The notes under the pieces: generated by a model
What the model was told of the DNA's origin: nothing
Database searches by the model: none
Seen by the model: only the letters and a program-made list of their open reading frames with translations
Shown here: piece after piece, positions 13,191-24,500 of the stretch
Numbering within the stretch: position 1 is the stretch's first letter
Layout: each line of letters starts with the position of its first letter
NCBI GenBank assembly: GCA_973895155.1
Contig: OZ316899.1
Coordinates: 15,837,974 to 15,901,973 of the forward strand
Direction of reading: 5' to 3'
Source: Marsupella aquatica
Taxonomy: Eukaryota > Plantae > Marchantiophyta
DNA: 64,000 nt
Program-made: the position numbers and the translations under genes

Positions 13191-15260
13191 ACCCAAACCA
13201 CTACACAACAGGTGCTTTGAGGGTTTGGGGCACCTGTCACTTGAAATACCACCATGTTTTGAGTTGGGAAAGTTATGTGTTTGAACTTCCAATCAAGTGC
13301 ATTGGTAAATACCAGCCCAAACCACTTAACATAAGGTCCTTTTGGGCTCTCATCTTCTTGCAACTACAAATTGCACCCATATTTGAGTGATGCTTCACAC
13401 ATTGGTGCAACCACTTGCCATGAACTAGTGCTAAAAGGAGAGAATTGTGTGGACACATCACATAAGCCCCATTTTTGTAATTCCGTAGAGTCTTGGAGTG
13501 ATTTGTGTGGAGTTCATGATGTTGCATCACTTGGGTGCCTCAAATCTCTCCACCTTGGCAATTTATGCGTCACAACCTCATTGTCGTTGCTATAACTAGT
13601 TGGCACACGTGATGGGGGTGTCCCATGGCTTCACCATGGGGGGACTAACTCAGAGGAATTGTGGTGGCGGCTGGCCCAACCCTCCTCCTTTAATCGTGGC
13701 CCTCCAAGAATTGCCGCAAGGCGGATCCACTTCTCATTATCCATTGTAAGTCTGTCACTCGGGAAACGAGGTGTTTACAAAAGACAGCAAAACAGGAAAC
13801 AGGAGTTAATAAGAGAAACTGGTAACAGGAAAAAAAACTGGTGACAGGAAAATGCACGCCCAATTGACTTGAAAAAAGGTCCTTTCAGGTCCTTGCCTTT
13901 TGGCGACTACAAACTGCACCTATATTTGAGTGATGCAGCACAATTTAGTGTGATCTTAAACCATGAACTAGTGCTAAAAGGAGTGAATGGTGTGGATGCA
14001 TCACATAAGCCCCATATTTGTAATTCCGTAGTCTTGGAGTGATTTGTGTGGAGTTCATGATGTTGCATCACTTGGGTGCCTCAAATCTCTCTACCTTGGC
14101 AATTTATGCGTCACAACCTCATTGTCATTGTTATAACTAGTTGGCACACGTGATGGGGGTGTCCCATGGCTTCACCATGGGGGGCTAACACAGAGGAATT
14201 GTGGTGGCGGCGGGCCCAACCCTCCTCCTTTAATCGTGGCCCTCCGAGAATTGCCGCAAGGGGGATCCACTTATCATTATCCATTGTAAGTTTGTTACTC
14301 CCCAAATCACTAAAAACCATGTTCTTCAAAGCCCTCATTTCTAGCGACTATCACAATCACTCAAGCTGGGGTGGTACATAACGCATCCCTCTAAACCACT
14401 TCTCATGAAGTGGTAGTCCTAGGGTGATTTGGGGGCAAACCACTACAAATGAGGTGGTTTTAGGGTTTAGGGCAAATGCAACTTAAGATACCACCTTTAT
14501 TTGAGTTGAGAAGTAAATTGGGTGCGAACACTTGCAATGAAGTGTATTTATATGTACACGCCCAATTGACTCAAAAAAAGGTCCTTTCAGGTCCTTGCCT
14601 TTTGGTGACTACAAATTGCACCTGTATTTGAGTGATGCAGCACACTTTAGTGTGACCACTTGCCATGAACTAGTGCTAAAAGGAGTGAATGGTGTGGATG
14701 CATCACATAAGCCCCATATTTGTAATTCCGTAGAGTCTTGGAGTGATTTGTGTGGAGTTCATGATGTTGTATCTCTTGGGTGCCTCAAATCTCTCCACCT
14801 TGGCAATTTATGCGTCATAACCTCATTGTTGTTGCTATAACTAGTTGGCACAGGTGATGGGGGTGTGCCATGGCTTCACCATGGGGGGGGGCTAACACGG
14901 AGGAATTGTGGTGACGACGGGCCCAACGCTCCTCCTTTAATTGTGGCCCTCTGAGAATTGCCGCAAGGTGGATCCACTTCTCATAATCCGTTGTAAGTCT
15001 GTGACTCCAAAAACCACTCCAAACAATGTGCTTCAAAGCCCTCATTTCTAGCGACTAACATTGTCACTCAAGCTGGGGTGGTACATCACGCATTCCTCTA
15101 AACAACATCTCATGAAGTGGTAGGCCTAGCGTGATCATTGTTTCCAAACCACTACAAATGAGGTGGTTTTAGGGTTCAAGGCAAATGCCACTTGGAATAC
15201 CACCTTCGTTTGAGTGGTGAAGCAAATTGTGTGTAAACACTTGCAATCAAGTGCATTCTT
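13190..15260. repeat. ~700-bp tandem repeat, ~3 copies
   Basis: Units re-start at 13855 and 14557 (cacgcccaattgact..aaaaaggtcctttcagg). The first copy is partly replaced at ~13761-13850. Confidence 0.9.
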
Positions 15261-15706
15261 ATCCACCAACCCAAATTGCTACAAATGAGGTGCTTTGGAA
15301 TAATGAAGTGCTGATAACACTTCACACAATGTGGTTCCAACCCTCACATATATATGCCATTGGTATTTTCACACAACGCTTAGTGGTACAAGGCACAAAT
15401 AGTTTGACTCGGCCTTATAACTTACAGTCAAGTTGTGGAGGAAGAGCTGCTATATACCACTCCAATGATGTGATACCTTGCCCTCATCAAATTGCAACAG
15501 TTGACAATGTCATTAACATTTTAGTAATGCATTTCACATTCATGATAATGACTTGGAACCAAGTAGTGCATCTTTTGTATACTCCCCAAAACCAATTTGA
15601 AGAACTCAAGGCTTTTCCCAAATTGCCCTTGCAAAAAATAATAATCACTACATCATTGCACTGGTCTATTGATGTTATTCATATTATTATTTGGTTCATA
15701 ATTCAA

Positions 15707-15770
15707 AAGGGTTTAGGGTTTAGGGTTTAGGGTAGTCATGAGGTACCACTTATTTGTTTAGGGTTTAGGG
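15707..15770 (+). repeat. Short interstitial (TTTAGGG)n tracts
   Basis: agggtttagggtttagggtttaggg and tttagggtttaggg. Confidence 0.8.
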
Positions 15771-16414
15771 TATGGAGGGGTTGGGCAAAGAATTTGTAAG
15801 AACATTATGGTGTGTTCATATGACATTTTCAGCAATGTCATCTTCCATGCTACAACCTTTTTGACACATTCATTTGACATTATTCTATGCAATGCACACG
15901 GGTATCGGTTTACATACTCAACATACTGAATTGGTTTGCAATAAAAAATCCAACGGCTGAGATCCCGTAAGGTAGTAGAGAACCATTGGATGCCAAACGG
16001 CTATGTTCCCGCCAGACCAAGTTTAGCAAATCCTTCACAAGTAGCCTCGTGACATTGGATCCATTTTCCCCCAAAAAAATGTCGAGGCCCACCTGTCAAT
16101 GTAGTTGTTTTGGTCTACACATAGGATTTTGGCGGGTTTATCGTAGGAAACGGTCGCACGCAGAGGTGTTGAAGGTTGAGGGTTGAAGGTCGTTGGACGC
16201 AAAAGCTTGGTGGGACATTGGAGGCTTGATGGTTGTGGGTCCAAGCTAGCCCACTGTTATCCGATCGAACTGTTGAAGCTGTTGGTTTAGGGCATTTTGT
16301 GTGAGGCATTTCACTTGGAAGCTCATGAACAAAGTCACCGTTTGAGCTCAGCGTAGGAATTCTGTTGAGTCAGAGCTCAGTGGGAGGGTTTAGGTTCAAA
16401 CCAAGGTGCATTTA

Positions 16415-17070
16415 CATTTGTGGATAGTAGTTTGCATTGGAGTTGCAAAGGAGCTCGTCGGAGTTGTGAAGGAGTAGGGAGTAGGAGTTGTGGGCTGCCA
16501 TCGGCGCTCCTGCTTTCTTTTACTCCCATAGCGAGCTCCCGTATGAGCTCTTATGTGAGCTTTGTTCAGCTGCGGTGGGTGCTGAGCTGTTTTCCATCGA
16601 GCCGAGCTGTGTTGTGCTGAATTTTGTCTACCAAAGCTCGGGGGAGGGTTTCCGGTTGGACATTGGCGCCGCATGGTGGGCACTGGACTCTCCAAACTCC
16701 TTGTCAGCGGTATTGCGGAGCTAGGCAAGCTGCAAGAAGGGAGCCAGGCAAGCTGCAATAGTGGACGTTGACCTATAGTGCAGGTTGGAGTTTCTAATTA
16801 GTCAACATTGCTGGGATTTGAGCTCTCATTTGCTTTGGGCTATTTGTCAGAGTCGTAAATGGTTGAGCTGATTTCCGCCAAGCTGATTTCCGTTGAGCTG
16901 ATTTGTGGATAGTGGACCTATTGGTTCACATTGGAGTTGCAAAGGAGCTGGCCAGAGCAGCTCGGGCTGTCACAGCTTGTTGGCAGCATAGGTCACAGCT
17001 TGGGGGAGGGTTGCCGGTTGGACCTTGGCACTGCGTGGTGGACATTGGACCTGCCAAACTCCTTGTTGGT
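16415..17070. repeat. Imperfect direct repeat (16415-16705 and 16900-17070)
   Basis: Shared tttgtggatagt..cattggagttgcaaaggagct..ggggagggtt.ccggttggac..ccaaactccttgt. Confidence 0.7.
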
Positions 17071-17250
17071 GGTTGTCGACTTTCATCTGGCTCAGCATAC
17101 TCGCCACTCATTTGTTTGGAGGTTAGTGAAGCTTTTCAGCTTCTTTCACTTCCCGGCCATGCCCTTGATTTCTTTCAGCTTTCCCAAACAGAGCTTACTT
17201 GCTCTCTGCTCTCTGCTACAAGTCCGGGTCTGAAATCAGCTGTTTGTCTT

Positions 17251-17276
17251 GATCAACCAATTCATTAAAAGTGGAA
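17251..17276 (+). repeat. Left TIR of the GATC-ended element
   Basis: gatcaaccaattcattaaaagtggaa. Confidence 0.8.
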
Positions 17277-17794
17277 AATTATCAATGCTTTGGAATATTG
17301 CTTATCTCTATTTAGAATATTATAAAACCAAAATTGGAATTTAAATACCCAATTTTTGGAATTTCTTGACACACATTTTTGAATTTTTTTCATGATTTGT
17401 AATATTTGTTTATGAATATATCAAAGTCAAAATACCTAGAAGTATTTACAATCCATGAACCTTGTATCATCCAAGACATTCTAAAGTGAAGTCAATTTTT
17501 GGGGGGGAAGGGGGGGGGGGGGGGCACAAAGCCTCAATACCACACAAAGAGAAGTCATTGACAAACGTAATATATATTTCATATTATTTTAAATAAATAA
17601 AATCCAAAATTGAAATGACATAAGTACCCTAATTACCTTGCCTAATCAATTTTAGACTCAGTGCCAAGCAGGCAAAACATAAGAGTAGATTACCAACCTA
17701 AAAAATAAGTCATCCTTATACTTTTGATAGTATAGACTTAACAACTAACTGAATCTATATAATCCTACTAAACAAATGATATCACTCTCAATAT

Positions 17795-20700
17795 CTACCT
17801 TTGCTCTTCTATATCTATCCTTGCTAAATAAACTTTGATTTCCTCCAGTTTCTTTTTGGGGATTCGAATGCCTTGTTCAACTTTATTCCCTTGATATGTC
17901 CAAAAGTGCATGGCTGCTGTTGCATTACACCATTCTTCTTTCTGCAAAATATCACATTCCCAAAGTTTTTGCTTCTTCAAACATCCTTCATATCGACCAT
18001 ACAATGATCTATCCTTTTTGGTGCTTTTGGGTCTCCACCATTGCAACAGAAAATCTCCACAATTTGGTAGTTTAGGGTCCATTTGAACTTTGCTCAATGC
18101 TCTTCCCATCCAGAAGCATCCTGGCTTGTTATCCTCAAATTCTTGTGTTGGACGAATAATGATGAAAACGCCTGCTTCAAAATCTTCAAGAGGAACAAAC
18201 CGATTGCTTTCCCTTTCAGAAAGAGGACCCACAAATATTGTTTGACCTTCAAGAATTTCCTCATCAGCCTCACGTTGAAGGATAACAATATCTGGAGGAT
18301 TCTCCCAACCCGTCACATCAAATGATCCAAGATCACTTTTATAGCCTGTACCATGTTTGGTTCGAGGCCAAAACCCATCCACCAGCGGCTGCTCTTCAAT
18401 ATCCACTATCTCCAAAAGGGGCTTTTGCAAAAGCTCAGTAACTGTCTTCCAATATTGCACTAAAGGAAACCTTTCCTTATGTCCCTGTGAGGTCTTATCC
18501 TTCCATGTTTTCTCTATCCACTCTATATAGTTTTTGATGTAGGCTGAAACATCTTTGGCTTTCTGAAAAAGTGTAGTTGGGGTTTTGGCAAGTGGTTCTC
18601 CAATTGGAAGGACAAGTGTTTTACTTCCATCTTCAACCCATATGCATCGTCCTTGGGGTGGTGACCATGAGTCATTGATATTCTCCTTGACTTGGTACAC
18701 AGGGACATTATTTTTCATTGTAAATAGGAATGCCATTGGTGCAGAGTGCCCTGCAATAGTCTTCACAAAAGCACTAACATAAGACTTGTAGCTAGCCACT
18801 TCTTGGATCAATGTGGGCAGTGGGTGAATTGCTTCGCTTTCCCATACCTCTGCCATAAGTGAAAGTAGGGTTGTGACCTCACGATGCTTAAGTCAAGTGC
18901 TTACCCTAGAGAATACTGCATCAACACCCTCATGTGTATGCCCAACCATAAGGAAAGACATGACAATACTCTCAAAGTGTCCCCTCAGAACCAACTCACT
19001 ACAGAATGCCATCATGGCCCAATTCTTGTTGTCCTTTGCAGAGTTGTCCATTTGTAAGTGTAGATGTCTTGGCAATTTCTTGAACAGTGTAGTGCTACTA
19101 CTCTGACATTCTGCCAATCCGCTTGCTACAATTGGTGAGACACAATCCTTGTCCACAAGTTCCCCACGATATCGATCAGTTGTGACATTGTTGGCATCTA
19201 GATATCCAATTTGAAAAGCTTGCTTTTCCAATAATGCCTTGAATAAGGGGTTTGTTGCTTGATGAGAATGAACTCCAAGATCTCCACTTTTATCCCCCGA
19301 ATATGCTTCCAAATCACGCAGGCACTTTGCAACGGAGGTAATAGTAAAATCCGGATCAGATGGCCACATCCCTGTCAAACTAAAGTGGGCAAAGACTCCA
19401 GGTTCCCGACCATGTGTCAACATCCCAGTCAAAGCCATTGGTAGTGGTTGACATCCACTAGCCATGCTTTTTAGTGTATCAACCATTTTAGGAATTTGGG
19501 TCTTGTTTTGATCCATCTTATCATGAATAATGCAAAGAAGATCTTCTGGATTTCTTCTTGCCATCACCCGAGCTGCATAGTAAAGGTTTCAACGAGACAT
19601 TTGTTCTTGCATGTGTTTTTCCCTTGCTGCTTCGTACCGCTTGCGAACTTCAGTTCTTCTCTCCTTCATCAACAACTCCTTCAAAGTGGTGCATTGAGTG
19701 CACTTTGCAAAAGCACTCTTCACATGGAATGAAAAAATTGCATAGTTCTCCCTCCACATCTTATAGAAAGACCCAATGGTAATTCCCTGACTCCCTTCCA
19801 CCTTCATGCTCTCAACTACCTCATCATAGATAGCATCTTTGTTATAGCAAGATGGTAATCTGTAGATGATGTTTGATGTTCCCTTCTTCCCTGTGTATCT
19901 GAGATGTGGCATAGGCTCGCCAAGGGTATTCACTACACAGTCAAGATGAGCACGAAACTCTTGTGTTGTCATCCTTGGTTTTTTGGTGCCCTTATTGCCA
20001 TGAAACCCCACTTTACAACCACCCTTGTATAGATTCTCATAGTTGTAGAAGGTGCTTGTAGAAATTCCAAATATAATTGCAAATGCCATTTTGCAAATGA
20101 TGCGACCTTTGACAACCATTTGTCCTTGCTCAACCATAGATCTCTCCCTCATTTCAAAAACATTCATCATATGACTGATTTTGTTATCACTGTCCAAACC
20201 ATAGAACTCAGTTCTGACCTCTTCAATGTCTATGCGGGGGAAGTTCCGACAACATTCCATTCCACACTTGCACTTCTTCATGCCCACTTGAGCTATTTTG
20301 TTCTCATCCACCTTCACACTTCTTCTCTGCTCCACTCTTTTTTCTTGGCGTGCATTTGGGTTGGCTGGTTTTCTCAACCCGCCCATGGAATAATGCCTTT
20401 TCTATTTGCTGGTACTCCATAGAAGAGAACAAATCATCCTCATCATTATCCCCCTCTTTATGTATAGTCTGTTCATCCTCAAGTTATGACAGAAGATCTC
20501 CAAGAAACTTGTCAGAAGGATAGAATTTCAAAGTTGCAATCGGCCATTTTACCAAGCACGGGATTCCCACTAAAAATGTGGGAAATTCCTTCTGTTGCAT
20601 GTGGATATTGCAAATCACACGTTCAACTAGCACCCCAACATGACCATCACCAAGCACTTCATTGTTTATTGCTGCTGTTGGTTGCCATGCTGTGATTGAT

Positions 20701-21518
20701 CCTCTTGCAAGCAATGTCACCCGATCAACAGTATAAATCTCCACATCTTTTAAGTACCACTTGGAACGATCATTCAAATCGTAGTTGTCATGTGGTCCTT
20801 GGCTGAGTCCGCCATTTTGAATCTCAATCGATTCACACCCATTGAATTGCTCACCAACATGATATACATTGACTATATCCCAAAGAACAACACTACCTAC
20901 AGACTGCTCAATTGTCTTTATGTTAGTGTTGGGGTATGGCAATTGAGTCACCCCATGAAGTGCTTCAACCACATGGACACTAATACGCCCTGGTCCCAAT
21001 AATATGTCACCACAAGTATCCTCTGGTTGAGTATTAGAAACTTCACCCCGTGCAACAACAATGCTTGTAAGTTGCAATAGCACATCATCTCCTGAACAAA
21101 ATGGTGCAACCGGTTCATTGTTGGAATTGGGGACTTGGTTTCCAACAATCCTTGAATCATCAGTTCCTTCAAGTCTCACAAGGTTGGGAGTATCATTGGA
21201 TGCTTTTTGGACCTGCAATGGGATGTTCTCATTTGCCAAAATGGCACTAGCACAGTCCCATATAACATATGAACGCAAAGCCTCCCCAGTGGTGTCAGCT
21301 CCTGGATTTGGGTAAGGAAGAGGTTTTGTTGGCTCAAAGATTTCAACCACCAGAACACTCATGCGGTTGTTACCCAATGCCTCAGAATGACAAGTGTCTT
21401 CTGGATTGGTCTTAAACACAACCCCCCTTGCAACCAATATATTCTCAAGATGAAGAAGTACTTCAGACCCTTGGGAGAACAAAAAATTGGCACTCCGAGT
21501 TGTAGTCATGATCTGCAT
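17795..21518 (-). pseudogene. Sola-like (DUF7869-type) DDD transposase with three N-terminal En/Spm Tnp1/DUF8039-like repeats
   Basis: ORFs 17795..18856, 18893..19567 and 19589..20386 are one frame broken by two TGA codons. Motifs: KCTQC, IIHDKMD, LQMDNSAKDNKN, FLMVGHTHEGVDAVFS. The upstream ORF has three copies of VARG..P.DTC...LG...V.V......LPYP......VxW and is linked via a TAA and a frameshift near 20400-20486. Confidence 0.75.
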
Positions 21519-21582
21519 AAAAAAATGTTAAGAAAATTACTCATGATCAATTGAAAATGACAGGTTGTCAGGGTCCAGAAGA

Positions 21583-24500
21583 AACCTCAATATCATCGTG
21601 AGGTTTCAGGCTACTTGGATACTAAAGTGAAATTCATCCAGGCACTAAACCTAGTTTTTGTGGTTAAACTTAATATGGTCCCATGCAAGTGCTTAACATG
21701 CATAGTTGGGTCAACTTTGCATTAAAAATTCCATTATGTAGGTATAAGGCAATAATGTTAGAAATAATAGTGGTCTAGAAGGTCCGCAAGTAATTACACG
21801 GATGTGGACTGACAGAATATACTACAATATGTTTGCGGCAATACATTCACAAGACCTACTAAGAGATTCAATTTAACCCAAAAGAATGAGAATTATTGGT
21901 CATAAAATAAAGTACAGTAGAACTTCATGATTGTCATGAGGTTTCATTTCTTGCTTCAAGAAGACTGAATTATGAATAAATGAATGAGAACAAAAATGAA
22001 GTACCTATGGACTTAAAGGCTTGTATTGGGAAAAATCTCATGAGGTTGAGAGAAATCAAGTCTTACAACCCATTAAAAAATGATCCATTCACTATTTTCT
22101 CTTAATGTTGATATTAATAGTTTAGTCCATGTAACTTCCATATGAATGATGGACACACACAGGAAAACTTACAACCTCAAGATGATCTTGAGGATGACAA
22201 TTTATGCCTCTATATCTCAATGAACAAAACAAAACATATGTAGACCTATGTCATATTGAGCTTGGCCAAGTATGCAAATTGATGGTCATAATTAGTTACT
22301 TTTAGTGCACAAGACAAAAATAAAGCTAAAGACTCACAAACGACTTAAACAAAGTAAAAGAAACATACCCAAAATTCAGAATCATAAATGTCTTTGCCGC
22401 ATGTGGTGAAGATAGAGTATAAGAGTGCCACCATGCGTCCTCATCAATTAGAAGATGCCCAAATGTTCATCAAACGTCAGTTCAGACTCAACTGCAGTGT
22501 CAGCATTGTCCACCATGATCTAAGAGAGTTGGAGTAGGAGGAGGGTCTTTTCATTGGTTAAATGAAGGAAAATGCTTAGACTTCCCTCAGAAAATAGTTG
22601 TAGAAGAGTGGGCACAAATAGAGAATGCAAAAGTGTGAGTAGCAGAAAAGAAAAATAAACAACTCTGAAACTGAAGTAAACTGAACATGTGGAAGTGTTG
22701 GCTGGGTTTGCAAATATATCTTTGAGAGCAACGGATCAACGTGAGATGGATTGACTAATGTTGCTGATTTTGAGTTTATTGGCGAAGACTCATTGGCCCC
22801 AGGTTTGGAGGGAATTGTCAGCTTTCATCAATAAGAATGAAGAAAAAACAAAGTTACTTAGCACATTTTTAATATTTAAAGAATGATGACAGACCTTTTG
22901 CTTTTGCATGCTGGATTTGTCCTCCTATATACTGTAGAGCTCTGTATTTACATGGAATCAAACGGGAGTTTCAAAAATCCTTACTATTCATTCTGTTTTT
23001 TTAATTTTCCACTCATTGGCCCAGTTTTGGAGGGATTCGTCGACTAGCTCGCATTAATAGACTCCAAGTAAACGACATTTGCTCAACACATATTAATTTT
23101 TAAAAATATGATGACTGAGGGACATTTTGCGATTTTTCCTCCATTATTGTACAGACTAGTGTATTTGCACGATGAGGAACCTTGTAGTCAGAATTTTTAT
23201 GTTTTTGAAATTTGAAAATTTTCAGGTTTTCCTTGTGGCTAAGTATTTTGGCTTGTTGTCTTGCAATAACAAGCCACCATCCATTTCTTAGTACTTTTTC
23301 TCCTTTTAGCAACGCTTGTTGGCCCATTGACCTCACCAACTTCACCAACTTCTTGGACATTACTTGATTTTAGTGGAGTAGTTGGAGTTGGCCTTTTTTT
23401 GCCATGGTCAAGTGTAAATCTCTCAATATTTTTTTAGAGGCCCCAAAATATGGATTTAAATTTTTGGCCAAAGACGAATGTAAATTTGACACAATTACAT
23501 TAGAGTTGTTAGGATTTGGTACCAAATATATAGTTGGTACCAAATAATTAGCCATATATAGATGCATGCCATATAAGGTGTCATGTGACTTACTAAGTGT
23601 CAGCTCCGTGTGAAGAGGAGAAGGCGGCTAGAGTTGGCGGAAGCTCGATTGGGAAGTTATTGGGGGTACTTCACCAAAGAAAACTCTGTCGTTTGTTGAG
23701 GCCCTAAAAACTTGTTTGTTGAGGCCCTAGCTGCCAAGAAGAGGATGATTCGTAGTGTGAGGACATCCGTAGCAAGAGCGCATGCAGGGCGTTTTTAGTG
23801 GAAGGTGAAAGGTTGTGAGGACAGCCGTAGCAAGAGCACATGCAGGGTATTTTTAGTGGAAGGTGAAAGGCTAGCAGGCGCTACTGCTGGCACGCCCTAG
23901 TACTGCTGGCACGCCCTTGTGAGGGATCAGCCGCAAGACTTCTCCTTGTTCATGCTCACATATCTATTTAAACTCAAAATTCTCTGCACTCATTCCTCAG
24001 AATTGTGTACATCGTATGTGAGGGAGGACTATTCAAGTTAGCTACAGTACCTCTGTCATAACTGTCTGCACAATCACCAAGGTACCGACAGTCAGTGTTT
24101 ATGTGGAATAGTGGAGTAGATTCCTGTTGTACTAGAGGTGCCTATGAATCATTAGTGTTTTCGGTATTGCTGGTAGCTATATGTGCCTTGCTCAGGCCAG
24201 ACAATCCCTCTACTGTACGTATGACTGGTGAAGGAGGTGCGTATCTCATTGTCCTTATCTTATCTTGGGTTGTTATCTTATTATCTTCTTTCTTAATTGA
24301 ACGTGAACTAATGGGTGTCATGAGTCTCCTTACCGGCTCAATGCGCTTTCTCATTTGTATTTGATAAGTTTCGTGACCGGTTCAATACGCATGCGCTTAT
24401 TATTATCAGAGTATGCTTTGAGGAGATTGAGTTGCATTGTATTGTTTAGGGTTTGAGTTGCTAAATTAGAAACTTTGATTGAGTTTTGGTATACCAGAAC

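Noticed and set aside
13371-15045. Repeated short ORFs in the 700-bp array
   Set aside because: Starts, stops and frames differ between copies, and no domain is recognisable.
15707-15770. Telomere or chromosome-fusion scar
   Set aside because: Only a few TTTAGGG units, and similar short tracts are scattered across the window.
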